Shown: in pieces, positions 27,943 through 40,917 of the stretch
Numbering within the stretch: the first letter of the stretch is position 1
Layout of the letters: each line of letters opens with the position of its first letter
Source: Eledone cirrhosa
Lineage: Eukaryota
NCBI GenBank assembly: GCA_964016885.1
Contig: OZ024741.1
Coordinates: forward strand, 244,280,001 to 244,344,000
Direction of reading: 5' to 3'
Length of the DNA: 64,000 nucleotides
Program-made: the position numbers and the translations under genes
The notes under the pieces: model-generated
Seen by the model: only the letters and a program-made list of their open reading frames with translations
Told to the model about the DNA's origin: nothing
Database searches by the model: none

Positions 27943-30574
27943 TTACCAGTAATTACAGACCGATACGACCACGGGCGGCCGGCCCACGATCGAAAAGGTA
28001 ACTCCGCCGGCCAATCCGCATTTTTGTGATTCGTTTCTTCGAAGCACACCATTCGCCGCCGGACTTCAGCTTCCTCATTTAGCATGGGCAGCTTTTCTTG
28101 AAAATCACACCACACACAGCACATGTGTGTCTGCACATGTACCAGTACGTACAGATCGATCCGACCACGGGCGGCCGGCCCACATTCGAAAAGGTTACTC
28201 CGCCTGCAAATCGTCATTTTCGGATTCGTTTTCTTCGAAGCACACCATTCGCCGGCGGACTTCACCTGCCTCATTTAGCATGGGCAGCTTTTCTTGAAAA
28301 TCACACCACACACAGCAAATGTGTGTCTGCATATGTACCAGTAATTACAGATCGATCCGACCACGGGCGGCCGGCACAGGATCGAAAAGGTAACTCCAGC
28401 GGCAAATACGCATTTTTGTGATTCGTTTCTTCGAAGCCACCATTCGCTGGTGGACTTCAGCTTCCTCATTTAGCATGGGCAGCTTTTCTTGAAAATCACA
28501 CCACACTCAGCAAATGTATGTCTGCACATGTACCAGTAATGACAGATCGATCCGACCACGGGCGGCCTGCCCACGATCGAAAAGGTAACTCCGCCGGCAA
28601 ATTCGCATTTTTGTGATTCGTTTCTTCGAAGCACACCATTCGCTGGTGGACTTCAGCTTCCTCATTTAGCATGGGCAGCTTTTCTTGAAAATCACACCAC
28701 ACACAGCAAATGTGTGTCTGCACATGTACCAGTAATTACAGATCGATCCGACCACGGGCGGCCGGCCCACGATCGAGAAAAAGGTAACTCCGCCGGCAAA
28801 TAGTCATTTTTGTGATTCGTTTTCTTCGAAGCACACCATTCGCCGCCGGACTTCAGCTTCCTCATTTAGCATGGGCATCTTTTCTTGAAAATCACACCAC
28901 ACACGGAAAATGTGTGTCTGCACAGGTACCAGTAATTACAGATCGATCCGACCACGGGCGGCCGGCCCACGATCGAAAAGGTAACTCCGCCGGCAAATCC
29001 GCATTTTTGTGATTCGTTTCTTCGAAGCCACCATTCGCTGGTGGACTTCAGCTTCCTCATTTAGCATGGGCAGCTTTTCTTGAAAATCACACCACACACG
29101 GAAAATGTGTGTCTGCACAGGTACCAGTAATTACAGATCGATCCGACCACGGGCGGCCGGCCCACGATCGAAAAGGTAACTCCGCCGGCAAATCCGCATT
29201 TTTGTGATTCGTTTCTTCGAAGCACACCATTCGCCGCCGGACTTCAGCTTCCTCATTTAGCATGGGCAGCTTTTCTTGAAAATCACACCACACACAGCAA
29301 ATGTGTGTCTGCACATTTACCAGTAATTACAGACCGATATGACCACGGGCGGCCGGCCCACGATCGAAAAGGTAACTCCGCCGGCAAATCCGCATTTTTG
29401 TGATTCGTTTCTTCGAAGCACACCATTCGCTGGTGGACTTCAGCTTCCTCATTTAGCATGGGCAGCTTTTCTCGAGAATCACACCACACACAGCAAATGT
29501 GTGTCTGCACATGTACCAGTAATTACAGATCGATCCGACCACGGGCGGCCGGCCCACCATCGAAAAGGTAACTCCGCCGGCAAATCCTAATTTTTGTGAT
29601 TCGTTTCTTCGAAGCACACCATTCGCCGCCGGACTTCAGCTTCCTCATTTAGCATGGGCAGCTTTTCTTGAAAATCACACCAAACTCAGCAAATGTGTGT
29701 CTGCACAGGTATCAGTAATTACAGATCGATCCGCCCACGGGCGGCCGGCCCACCATCGAAAAGGTAACTCCGCCGGCAAATTCGCATTTTTGTGATTCGT
29801 TTCTTCGAAGCACACCATTCGCTGGTGGACTTCAGCTTCCTCATTTAGCATGGGCAGCTTTTCTTGAAAATCACACCACACACAGCAAATGTGTGTCTGC
29901 ATATGTACCAGTAATTACAGATCGATCCGACCACGGGCGGCCGGCCCACGATCGAAAAGGTAACTCCGCCGGCAAATCCTAATTTTTGTGATTCGTTTCT
30001 TCGAAGCACACCATTCGCCGCCGGACTTCAGCTTCCTCATTTAGCATGGGCAGCTTTTCTCGAAGATCACACCACACACAGCCAATGAGTGTTTGCACAT
30101 GTACCAGTAATTACAGATCGATCCGACCACGGGCGGCCGGCCCACGATCGAGAAAAAGGTAACTCCGCCGGCAAATAGTCATTTTTGTGATTCGTTTTCT
30201 TCGAAGCACACCATTCGCCGCCGGACTTCAGCTTCCTCATTTAGCATGGGCAGCTTTTCTTGAAAATCACACCACACACAGCAAATGTGTGTCTGCACAT
30301 GTACCAGTAATTACAGATCGATCCGACCATGGGCGGCCGGCCTACGATCGAAAAGGTAACTCCGCCGGCAAATCCTAATTTTTGTGATTCGTTTCTTCGA
30401 AGCACACCATTCGCCGCCGGACTTCAGCTTCCTCATTTAGCATGGGCAGTTTTTCTTGAAAATCACACCACACACAGGAAATGTGTGTCTGCACATGTAC
30501 CAGTACTTACAGTTCGACCCGACCACGGGCGGCCGGCCCAGGATCTAAAAGGTTACTCCGCCTGCAAATCGTCA

Positions 30575-33500
30575 TTTTTTTTTAAAATTATCTCCCCTTG
30601 GACGGCTGGAAATTATCTCCCCTTGGACGGCTAGAAATTATCTCCCCTTGTACGGCTAGAAATTACCTCTCCTTGGAGGGCTGAAAATTATCTCCCCTTG
30701 GACGGCTGGAAATTATCTCCCCTTGAATTTTTTTAAAAATTATCTCCAGCTGATTTTTTTTTACACATTATCTCCCCCTGATTTTTTTTATAAATTATCA
30801 CCCCCTGATTTTTTTTTACAAATTATCTCCCCCTGATTTTTTTTTACAAATTATCTCCCCCTGATTTTTTTACAAATTATCTCCCCTTGGCTGGCTGGAA
30901 ATTATCTCCCCTTGGAGGCTGGAATTTATCTCCCCTTGGACGGCTGGAAATTATCTCCCCTTGGACAGCTAGAAATTATCTCCCCTTGGACGGCTGCAAA
31001 TTATCTCCCCTTGGACGGCTGGAAATTATCGCCCCCTGATTTGTTTTAACAAATCTCCGCCTGATTTTTTTTTTAAATTATCTTCCTTGGACGGCTATAA
31101 ATTATCTCTCCTTCGACGGCTGGAAATTATCTCCCCTTGATTTTTTTACAAATTATATGCACCGGATTTTTTTTAACAAATTATCTACCCCTGATTTTTT
31201 TACAAATTATCTCCCCCTGATTTTTTTTTACAAATTATCTCCCCCTGATTTTTTTTTTTACAAATTATCTCCGCCTGATTTTTTTAAAATTATCTCGCCT
31301 TGGCTGGATGGAAATTATCTCCCCTTGGACGGCTGGAAATTATCTCCCCTTGGAAGGATGGAAATTATCTCCCCTTGGACGGCTGGAAATTATCTCCCCT
31401 TGCACGGCTGGAAATTATCTCCCCTTGGACGGCTAGAAATTACCTCTCCTTGGACGGCTGAAAATTATCTCCCCTTGGACGGCTGGAAATTATCTTCCCC
31501 TGATTTTTTTTACAAATTATCTCCCCTTGCACGGCTGGAAATTATCTCCCCTTGGACGGCTGGAAATTATCAGCCCTTGATTTTGTTTTTACAAATTATC
31601 TCCCCCTGATTTTTTTTAAAATTATCTCCTGATTTTTGAAAAAATTATCTCCCCTTCGACGGCTGGAAATTATCTCCCGTTTGCTGGAAATTATCTCCCC
31701 TTGGACGCTGGAAATTATAGCCCCTTGGAGGGCTGGAAATTATCTTCCCTTGGACGGCTGGAAATTATCTCCCCTTGATTTTTGTTACATATTATCTCCC
31801 CCTGATTTTTTTTTACAAATTATCTCCCCGATTTTTTTCTACAAATTATCTCCCCCTGATTTTTTTTTTACAAATTATCTCCGCCTGATTTTTTTAAAAA
31901 AATCTATCCTTGGACGGCTGGAAATTATCTCCCCTTGGACGGCTGGAAATTAACTCCCCTTGGACGGCTAGAAATTACCTCTCCTTGGACGGCTGAAAAT
32001 TATCTCCCCTTGGACGGCTGGAAATTATCTCCCCTTGATTTTTTTTACAAATTATCTCCCTCTGATTTTTTTTTACAAATTATCTCCCCCTGATTTTTTT
32101 TTTACAAATTATCTCCGCCTGATTTTTTAAAAAAAATTATCTCCCCTTGGACGGCTGGAAATTATCTCCCCTTGGACGGCTGGAAATTAACTCCCCTTGG
32201 ACGGCTAGAAATTACCTCTCCTTGGACGGCTGAAAATTATCTCCCCATGGCTGGCTGGAAATTATCTCCCCTTGGAGGCTGGAATTTATCTCCCCTTGGA
32301 CGGCTGGAAATTATCTCCCCTTGGACGGCTAGAAATTACCTCTCCTTGGACGGCTGGAAATTATCTCCCCTTGAACGGCTGGAAATTATCTCCCCTTGGA
32401 CGGCTGGAAATTATCTCCCCTTGGACGGCTGGAAATTATCTCCCCTTGGACGGCTAGAAATTACCTCTCCTTGGACGGCTGGAAATTATCTCCCCTTGGA
32501 CGGCTGGAAATTATCTCCCCTTGGACGGCTGGAAATTATTTCCCCTTGATTTTTTTTTACAAATTATCTACCCCTGATTTTTTTTTACAAATTATCTCCC
32601 CCTGATTTTTTTTACAAATTATCTCCCCCTGATTTTTTTTTTAAAAATTATCTCCCCCTGATTTTTTTACAAATTATCTCCCCCTGATTTTTTTTACAAA
32701 TTATCTCCGCCTGATTTTTTTAAATATTATCTTCCCTTGGCTGGCGGGAAATTATCTCCCCTTGGACGGCTGGAAATTATCTCCCTTTGGAAGGATGGAA
32801 ATTATCTCCCCTTGGACGGCTGGAAATTATCTCCCCTTGCACTGCTGGAAATTATCTCCCCTTGGACGGCTGGAAATTATCTGCCCTTGATTTTGTTTTT
32901 ACAAATTATCTTCCCCTGATTTTTTTTACAAATTATCTCCACCTGATTTTTTTAAAAATTATCTCCCCTTGGACGGCTGGAAATTATCTCCCCTTGGCTG
33001 GAAATTATCTCCCCTTGGACGGCTAGAAATTATCTCTCTTTGGACGGCTGGAAATTATCTCCCGTTGATTTTTTTTACAAATTATCTCCCCCTGATTTTT
33101 TTTTACAAATTATCTCCCCCTGATTTTTTTTTGCAACTTATCTCCGCCTGATTATTTTTTAAAAATTATCTCACCTTGGACGGCTGGAAATTATCTCCCA
33201 TTGATTTTTTTTTACAAATTATCTCCCCTTGGCTGGCTGGAAATTATCTCCCCTTGGCTGGCTGGAAATTATCTCCCCCTGATATTGTTTTACAAATTAG
33301 CTCCCCCTGTTTTTTTTTACAAATTATCTCCCCCTGATTTTTTTCACAAATTATCTCCCCCTGATTTTTTTTACAAATTATCTCCCCTGATTTAAAAAAA
33401 AATTATCTCCCCTTGGACGGCTGGAAATTATCGCCCCCTGATTTTTTTTAACAAATTATCTCCACCTGATTTTTTTTTAAAAATCATCTCCGCCTGATTT

Positions 33501-36500
33501 TTTTTTAAATTATCTCCCTTGGCTTGCTGGAAATTATCTCCCCTTGGACGGCTATAAATGATCTCTCCTTCGACGGCTGGAAATTATCTCCCCTTGATTT
33601 TTTTACAAATTATCTCCCCGTGATTTTTTTTTACCAATCTACCCCTGATTTAAAAAAAAAAATTGTCTCCCCTTCGCTGGCTGGAAATTATCTCCCCTTG
33701 GACGGCTGGAAATTATCTCCCCTTGATTTTTTTTACAAATTATCTACCCCTGATTTTTTTACAAATTATCTCCCCCTGATTTTTTTTTACAAATTATCTC
33801 CCCTGATTTTTGTTTTTACAAATTATCTCCGCCTGATTTTTTTAAAATTATCTCCCCTTGGCTGGATGGAAATTATCTCCCTTGGACGGCTGGAAATTAT
33901 CTCCCCTTGGAAGGATGGAAATTATCTCCCCTTGGACGGCTGGAAATTATCTCCCCTTGCACGGCTGGAAATTATCTCCCCTTGGACGGCTAGAAATTAC
34001 CTCTCCTTGGACGGCTGGAAATTATCTCCCCTTGGACGGCTGGAAATTATCTCCCCCTGATTTTTTTTACAAATTATCTCCCCTTCCACGGCTGGAAATT
34101 ATCTCCCCTTGGACGGCTGGAAATTATCTGCCCTTGATTTTGTTTTTACAAATTATCTCCCCCTGATTTTTTTTACAAATTATCTCCTGATTTTTGAAAA
34201 AATTATCTCCCCTTGGACGGCTGGAAATTATCTCCCGTTGGCTGGAAATTATCTCCCCTTGGACGGCTAGAAATTATCTCTCTTTGGACGGCTGGAAATT
34301 ATCTCCCCTTGATTTTTTTTACAAATTATCTCCCCCTGATTTTTTTTACAAATCTCCCAGTGATTTTTTAAAAAAATTATCTCCATTTCGCTGGCTGGAA
34401 ATTATCTCCCCTTGGACGGCTGGAAATTATCTCCCATTGGACGGCTGGAAATTATCTCCCCTTGGACGGCTAGAAATTACCTCTCCTTGGACGGCTGAAA
34501 ATTATCTCCCCTTGGACGGCTGGAAATTATCTCCCCTTGATTTTTTTTACAAATTATCTCCCTCTGATTTTTTTTTACAAATTATCTCCCCCTGATTTTT
34601 TTTTACAAATTATCTCCCCTTGAACGGCTGGAAATTATCTCCCCTTGGACGGCTGGAAATTATCTCCCCTTGGACGGCTGGAAATTATCTCCCCTTGGAC
34701 GGCTAGAAATTACCTCTCCTTGGAGGGCTGGAAATTATCTCCCCTTGGACGGCTGTAAATTATCTCCCCTTGGACGGCTGGAAATTATTTCACCTTGATT
34801 TTTTTTACAAATTATCTCCCCCTGATTTTTTTTACAAATCTCCCCCTAATTTAAAAAAAAATTATCTCCCCTTCGCTGGCTGGAAATTATCTCCCTTTGG
34901 ACGGCTGGAAATTATAGCTGCTTGTAGGGCTGGAAATTATCTCCCCTTGGACGGCTGGAAATTATCTCCCCTTGATTTTTTTTACTAATTATCTCCCCCT
35001 GATTTTTTTTTACAAATTATCTCCGCCTGATTTTTTTTTTTAAATTATCTCCCCTTGGCTGGATGGAAATTTTCTCCCCTTGGACGGCTGGAAATTATCT
35101 CCCCTTTATGTCTTCTACAAATTAACTACCCCTGATTTTTTTTTACAAATTATCTCTCCCTGATTTTTTTTACAAATATCTCCCCTTGGCTGGCTGGAAA
35201 TTATCTGCCCTTGGCTGGCTGGAAATTATCTCCCCTTGGACGGCTGGAAATTATCTCCCCTTGGACGCCTAGAAATTACCTCTCCTTGGACAGCTGTAAA
35301 TTATCTCCCCTTGGACCGCTGGAAATTATCTCCCCTTGGACGGCTGGAAATTATCTCCCCTTGCACGGCTGGAAATTATCTCCCCTTGGACGGCTAGAAA
35401 TTACCTCTCCTTGGACGGCTGGAAATTATCTCCCCTTGGACGGCTGGAAATTATCTCCCCCTGATTTTTTTTACAAATTATCTCCCCTTCCACGGCTGGA
35501 AATTATCTCCCCTTGGACGGCTGGAAATTATCTGCCCTTGATTTTGTTTTTACAAATTATCTCCCCCTGATTTTTTTTACAAATTATCTCCTGATTTTTG
35601 AAAAAATTATCTCCCCTTGGACGGCTGGAAATTATCTCCCGTTGGCTGGAAATTATCTCCCCTTGGACGGCTAGAAATTATCTCTCTTTGGACGGCTGGA
35701 AATTATCTCCCCTTGATTTTTTTTACAAATTATCTCCCCCTGATTTTTTTTACAAATCTCCCAGTGATTTTTTAAAAAAATTATCTCCATTTCGCTGGCT
35801 GGAAATTATCTCCCCTTGGACGGCTGGAAATTATCTCCCATTGGACGGCTGGAAATTATCTCCCCTTGGACGGCTAGAAATTACCTCTCCTTGGACGGCT
35901 GAAAATTATCTCCCCTTGGACGGCTGGAAATTATCTCCCCTTGATTTTTTTTACAAATTATCTCCCTCTGATTTTTTTTTACAAATTATCTCCCCCTGAT
36001 TTTTTTTACAAATTATCTCCCCTTGAACGGCTGGAAATTATCTCCCCTTGGACGGCTGGAAATTATCTCCCCTTGGACGGCTGGAAATTATCTCCCCTTG
36101 GACGGCTAGAAATTACCTCTCCTTGGAGGGCTGGAAATTATCTCCCCTTGGACGGCTGTAAATTATCTCCCCTTGGACGGCTGGAAATTATTTCCCCTTG
36201 ATTTTTTTTACAAATTATCTCCCCCTGATTTTTTTTACAAATCTCCCCCTAATTTAAAAAAAAATTATCTCCCCTTCGCTGGCTGGAAATTATCTCCCTT
36301 TGGACGGCTGGAAATTATAGCTGCTTGTAGGGCTGGAAATTATCTCCCCTTGGACGGCTGGAAATTATCTCCCCTTGATTTTTTTTACTAATTATCTCCC
36401 CCTGATTTTTTTTTACAAATTATCTCCGCCTGATTTTTTTTTTAAAATTATCTCCCCTTGGCTGGATGGAAATTTTCTCCCCTTGGACGGCTGGAAATTA

Positions 36501-39500
36501 TCTCCCCTTTATGTCTTCTACAAATTAACTACCCCTGATTTTTTTTTACAAATTATCTCTCCCTGATTTTTTTTACAAATATCTCCCCTTGGCTGGCTGG
36601 AAATTATCTGCCCTTGGCTGGCTGGAAATTATCTCCCCTTGGACGGCTGGAAATTATCTCCCCTTGGACGCCTAGAAATTACCTCTCCTTGGACAGCTGT
36701 AAATTATCTCCCCTTGGACCGCTGGAAATTATCTCGCCTTGGACGGCTGGAAATTATCTCCCCTTGATTTTGTATACAAATTATCTCCCCCTGATTTTTT
36801 TTTACAAATTATCTGCCCCTGATTATTTTTTTACAAATTAGCTCCGCCCGATTATTTTTTAAAATTATCTCCCCTTGGACGGCTGGAAATTATCTCCCCT
36901 TGGACGGCTGGAAATTATCTCCCCTTGAACGGCTAGAAATTACCTCTCCTTGGACGGCTGAAAATTATCTCCCCTTGGACGGCTGGAAATTATCTCCCCT
37001 TGATTTTTTGACAAATTATCTCCGCCTGATTTTTTTAAATATTATCTTCCCTTGGCTGGCGGGAAATTATCTCCCCCTGGACGGCTGGAAATTATCTCCC
37101 CTTGGAAGGATGGAAATTATCTCCCCTTGGACGGCTGGAAATTATCTCCCCTTGCACTGCTGGAAATTATCTCCCCTTGGACGGCTGGAAATTATCTGCC
37201 CTTGATTTTGTTGTTACAAATTATCTTCCCCTGATTTTTTTTACAAATTATCTCCACCTGATTTTTTAAAAAATTATCTCCCCTTGGACGGCTGGAAATT
37301 ATCTCCCCTTGGCTGGAAATTATCTTCCCTTGGACGGCTAGAAATTACCTCTCCTTGGACGGCTGAAAATTATCTCCCCTTGGACGGCTGGAAATTATCT
37401 CCCCTTGATTTTTTTCTACAAATTATCTCCCCCTGATTTTTTTTTTTACAAATTATCTCCGCCTGATTTTTTTTTAAAAATTATCTCCCCTTGGCTGGCT
37501 GGAAATTATCTCCCCTTGGAGGCTGGAATTTATCTCCCCTTGGACGGCTAGAAATTACCTCTCCTTGGACGGCTGGAAATTATGTCTCCTTGGACGGCTG
37601 GAAATTATCTCCCCTTGGACGGCTGGAAATTATCTCCCCTTGGACGGCTAGATATTACCTCTCCTTGGTCGGCTGGAAATTATCTGCCCTTGGACGGCTG
37701 GAAATTATCTCCCCTTGGACGGCTGGAAATTAATTCCCCTTGATTTTTTTTACAAATTATCTCCCCCTGATTTTTTTTTACAAATCTCCCCCTAATTTAA
37801 AAAAAAATTATCTCCCCTTCGCTGGCTGGAAATTATCTTCCTTTGGACGGCTGGAAATTATAGCCGCTTGTAGGGCTGGAAATGATCTCCCCTTGGACGG
37901 CTGGAAATTATCTCCCCTTGATTTTTTTTTCTAATTATCTCACCCTGATTTTTTTTACAAATTATCTCCGCCTGATTTTTTAAAAAAAATTATCTCCCCT
38001 TCGCTGGCTGGAAATTATCTCCCCTTGGACGCTGAAAATTATAGCCCCTTGGAGGCTGGAAATTATCTTCCCTTGGACGACTGGAAATTATCTCCCCTTG
38101 ATTTTTTTACAAATTATCTCCCCCTGATTTTTTTTTACAAATTATCTCCCCTTGGCTGGCTGGAAATTATCTCCCCTTGGCTGGCTGGAAATTATCTCCC
38201 ACTGATATTTTTTTACAAATTAGCTCCCCCTGATTTTTTTTTACAAATTATCTCCCCTTGGACGGCTGGAAATTATCTCCCCTTGGACGGCTGGAAATTA
38301 TCGCCCCCTGATTTTTTTTAACAAATTATCTCCACCTGATTTTTTTTACAAATCATCTCCGCCTGATTTTTTTTAAAAATTATCTCCCTTGGCTTGCTGG
38401 AAATTATCTCCCCTTGGACGGCTATAAATTATCTCTCCTTCGACGGCTGGAAATTATCTCCCCTTGATTTTTTTACAAATTATCTCCCCCTGATTTTTTT
38501 TTACCAATCTACCCCTGATTTTAAAAAAAAATTATCTCCCCTTCGCTGGCTGGAAATTATCTCCCCTTGGACGGCTGGAAATTATCTCCCCTTGATTTTT
38601 TTTACAAATTATCTACCCCTGATTTTTTTACAAATTATCTCCCCCTGATTTTTTTTTACAAATTATCTCCCCCTGATTTTTTTTTTTACAAATTATCTAC
38701 CCCTGATTTTTTTAAAATTATCTCCCCTTGGCTGGATGGAAATTATCTCCCCTTGGACGGCTGGAAATTATCTCCCCTTGCACGGCTGGAAATTATCTTC
38801 CCTTGGACGGCTAGAAATTACCTCTCCTTAGACGGCTGAAAATTATCTCGCCTTGGACGGCTGGAAATTATCTCCCCCTGATTTTTTTACAAATTATCTC
38901 CCCTTGCACGGCTGGAAATTATCTCCCCTTGGACGGCTGGAAATTATCTACCCTTGGACGGCTAGAAATTATCTCTCTTTGGACGGCTGGAAATTATCTC
39001 CCCTTGATTCTTTTTACAAATTATCTCCCCCTGATTTTTTTTACAAATCTCCCAGTGATTTTTTAAAAAAAATTATCTCCCCTTCGCTGGCTGGAAATTA
39101 TCTCCCCTTGGACGCTGGAAATTATAGCCCCTTGGAGGCTGGAAATTATCTTCCCTTGGACGGCTGGAAATTATCTCCCCTTGATTTTTTTACAAATTAT
39201 CTCCCCCTGATTTTTTTTTACAAATTATCTCCCCCTGATTTTTTTTTTACAAATTATCTCCGCCTGATTTTTTTAAAAAAATGATCTCCCCTTGGACGGC
39301 TTGAAATTATCTCCCCTTGGACGGCTAGAAATTACCTCTCCTTGGACGGCTGAAAATTATCTCCCCTTGATTTTATTTTACATATTATCTACCCCTGATT
39401 TTTTTTTACAAATTATCTCCACCTGATCTTTTTTACAAATTATCTCCCCCTGATTTTTTTTTACAAATTATCTCCCCCTGATTTTTTTACAAATTATCTC

Positions 39501-40917
39501 CCCCTAATTTATTTTACAAATTATCTCCGCCTGATTTTTTTAAATATTATCTTCCCTTGGCTGGCGGGAAATAATCTCCCCTTGGACGGCTGGAAATTAT
39601 CTCCCCTTGGAAGGATGGAAATTATCTCCCCTTGGACGGCTGGAAATTATCTCCCCTTGCACGGCTGGAAATTATCTCCCCTTGGACGGCTGGAAATTAT
39701 CTCCCCTTGGCTGGAAATTATCTCCCCTTGGACAGCTAGAAATTATCTCTCTTTGGACGGCTGGAAATTATCTCCCCTTGATTTTTTTTACAAATTATCT
39801 CCCCCTGATTTTTTTTACAAATCTCCCAGTGATTTTTAAAAAAAAATTATCTCCCTTTCGCTGGCTGGAAATTATCCTCCCTTGGACGCTGGAAATTATA
39901 GCCCCTTGGAGGGCTGGAAATTATCTTCCCTTGGACGGCTGGAAATTATCTCCCCTTGATTTTTTTTACATATTATCTCCCCCTGATTTTTTTTTACAAA
40001 TTATCTCCCCGATTTTTTTACACAAATTATCTCCCCCTGATTTTTTTTTTACAAATTATCTCCGCCTGATTTTTTTTAAAAAATTATCTCCCCTTGGACG
40101 GCTGGAAATTATCTCCCCTTGATTTTTTTTACAAATTATCTCCCCCTGATTTTTTTTTACAAATTATCTCCCCCTGATTTTTTTTACAAATTATCTCTCC
40201 CTGATTTTTTTACAAATTATCTCCCCTTGGCTGGCTGGAAATTATCTCCCCTTGGAGGCTGGAATTTATCTCCCCTTGGACGGCTGGAAATTATCTCCCC
40301 TTGGACGGCTAGAAATTACCTCTCCTTGGACGGCTGGAAATTATCTCCTTTTGAACGGCTGGAAATTATCTCCCCTTGGACGGCTGGAAATTATCTCCCC
40401 TTGGACGGCTGGAAATTATCTCCCCTTGGACGGCTGGAAATTATTTCCCCTTGATTTTTTTTACAAATTATCTCCACCTGATTTTTTTTACAAATCTCCC
40501 CCTAATTTAAAAAAAAATTATCTCCCCTTCGCTGGCTGGAAATTATCTCCCTTTGGACGGCTGGAAATTATAGCTGCTTGTAGGGCTGGAAATTATCTCC
40601 CCTTGGACGGCTGGAAATTATCTCCCCTTGATTTTTTTTACTAATTATCTCCCCCTGATTTTTTTATAAATATCTCCCCTTGGCTGCCTGGAAATTATCT
40701 CCCCTTGGCAGGCTGGAAATGATCTCCCCTTGGACGGCTGGAAATTATCTCCCCTTGGACGCCTAGAAATTACCTCTCCTTGGACAGCTGTAAATTATCT
40801 CCCCTTGGACGGCTGGAAATTATCTCGCCTTGGACGGCTGGAAATTATCTCCCCTTGATTTTGTATACAAATTATCTCCCCCTGATTTTTTTTTACCAAT
40901 CTACCCCTGATTTAAAA
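30575..40917. repeat. SatB minisatellite block 1: ~25-28 bp units with constant core AAATTATCTCCCC plus a GC tail (TTGGACGGCTGG) or a T tail (CTGATTTTTTTTAC)
   Basis: Continuous runs of GGAAATTATCTCCCCTTGGACGGCT (25 bp) are interspersed with ACAAATTATCTCCCCCTGAT(n) over ~10.3 kb, roughly 400 units. Confidence 0.97.
33916..36735. repeat. ~1403-bp tandem duplication inside SatB block 1
   Basis: The same order of variant units recurs at +1403/1404 (ORFs 34194/35598, 34770/36173, 35211/36614; TTTATGTCTTCTACAAATTAACTACC at ~35105 and ~36508). Confidence 0.9.

Larger units (their letters stand above)
1..30574. repeat. SatA satellite array 1: head-to-tail 196-bp monomers (200-bp variants), roughly 155 copies, running off the left edge
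   Basis: The monomer (e.g. 141-336, CACACCACACACAG...GTAATTACAGATCGATCCGACCACGGGCGGCCGGCCCACGATCGAAAAGGTAACTCCGCCGGCAAAT...CTTCGAAGCACACCATTCGCCGCCGGACTTCAGCTTCCTCATTTAGCATGGGCAGCTTTTCTTGAAAAT) repeats continuously. ORF-track coordinates step by exactly 196 (140, 336, 532, 728, 924, 1120). 200-bp variants carry GA(G/A)AAAAAGG...AATAGTCATT...CGTTTTC. Confidence 0.98.

Noticed and set aside
30608-30622. NF-kB site in SatB (minus strand GGGGAGATAATTTCC)
   Set aside because: The half-sites are separated by 5 extra bases relative to the 10-11 bp kB consensus, so it is not a canonical site.
30584-40917. CRISPR-like appearance (constant core with variable intervening sequence)
   Set aside because: The would-be spacers are only ~12-15 bp and fall into two repeated classes rather than being unique. 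There are no cas genes or leader, and the context is eukaryotic satellite.
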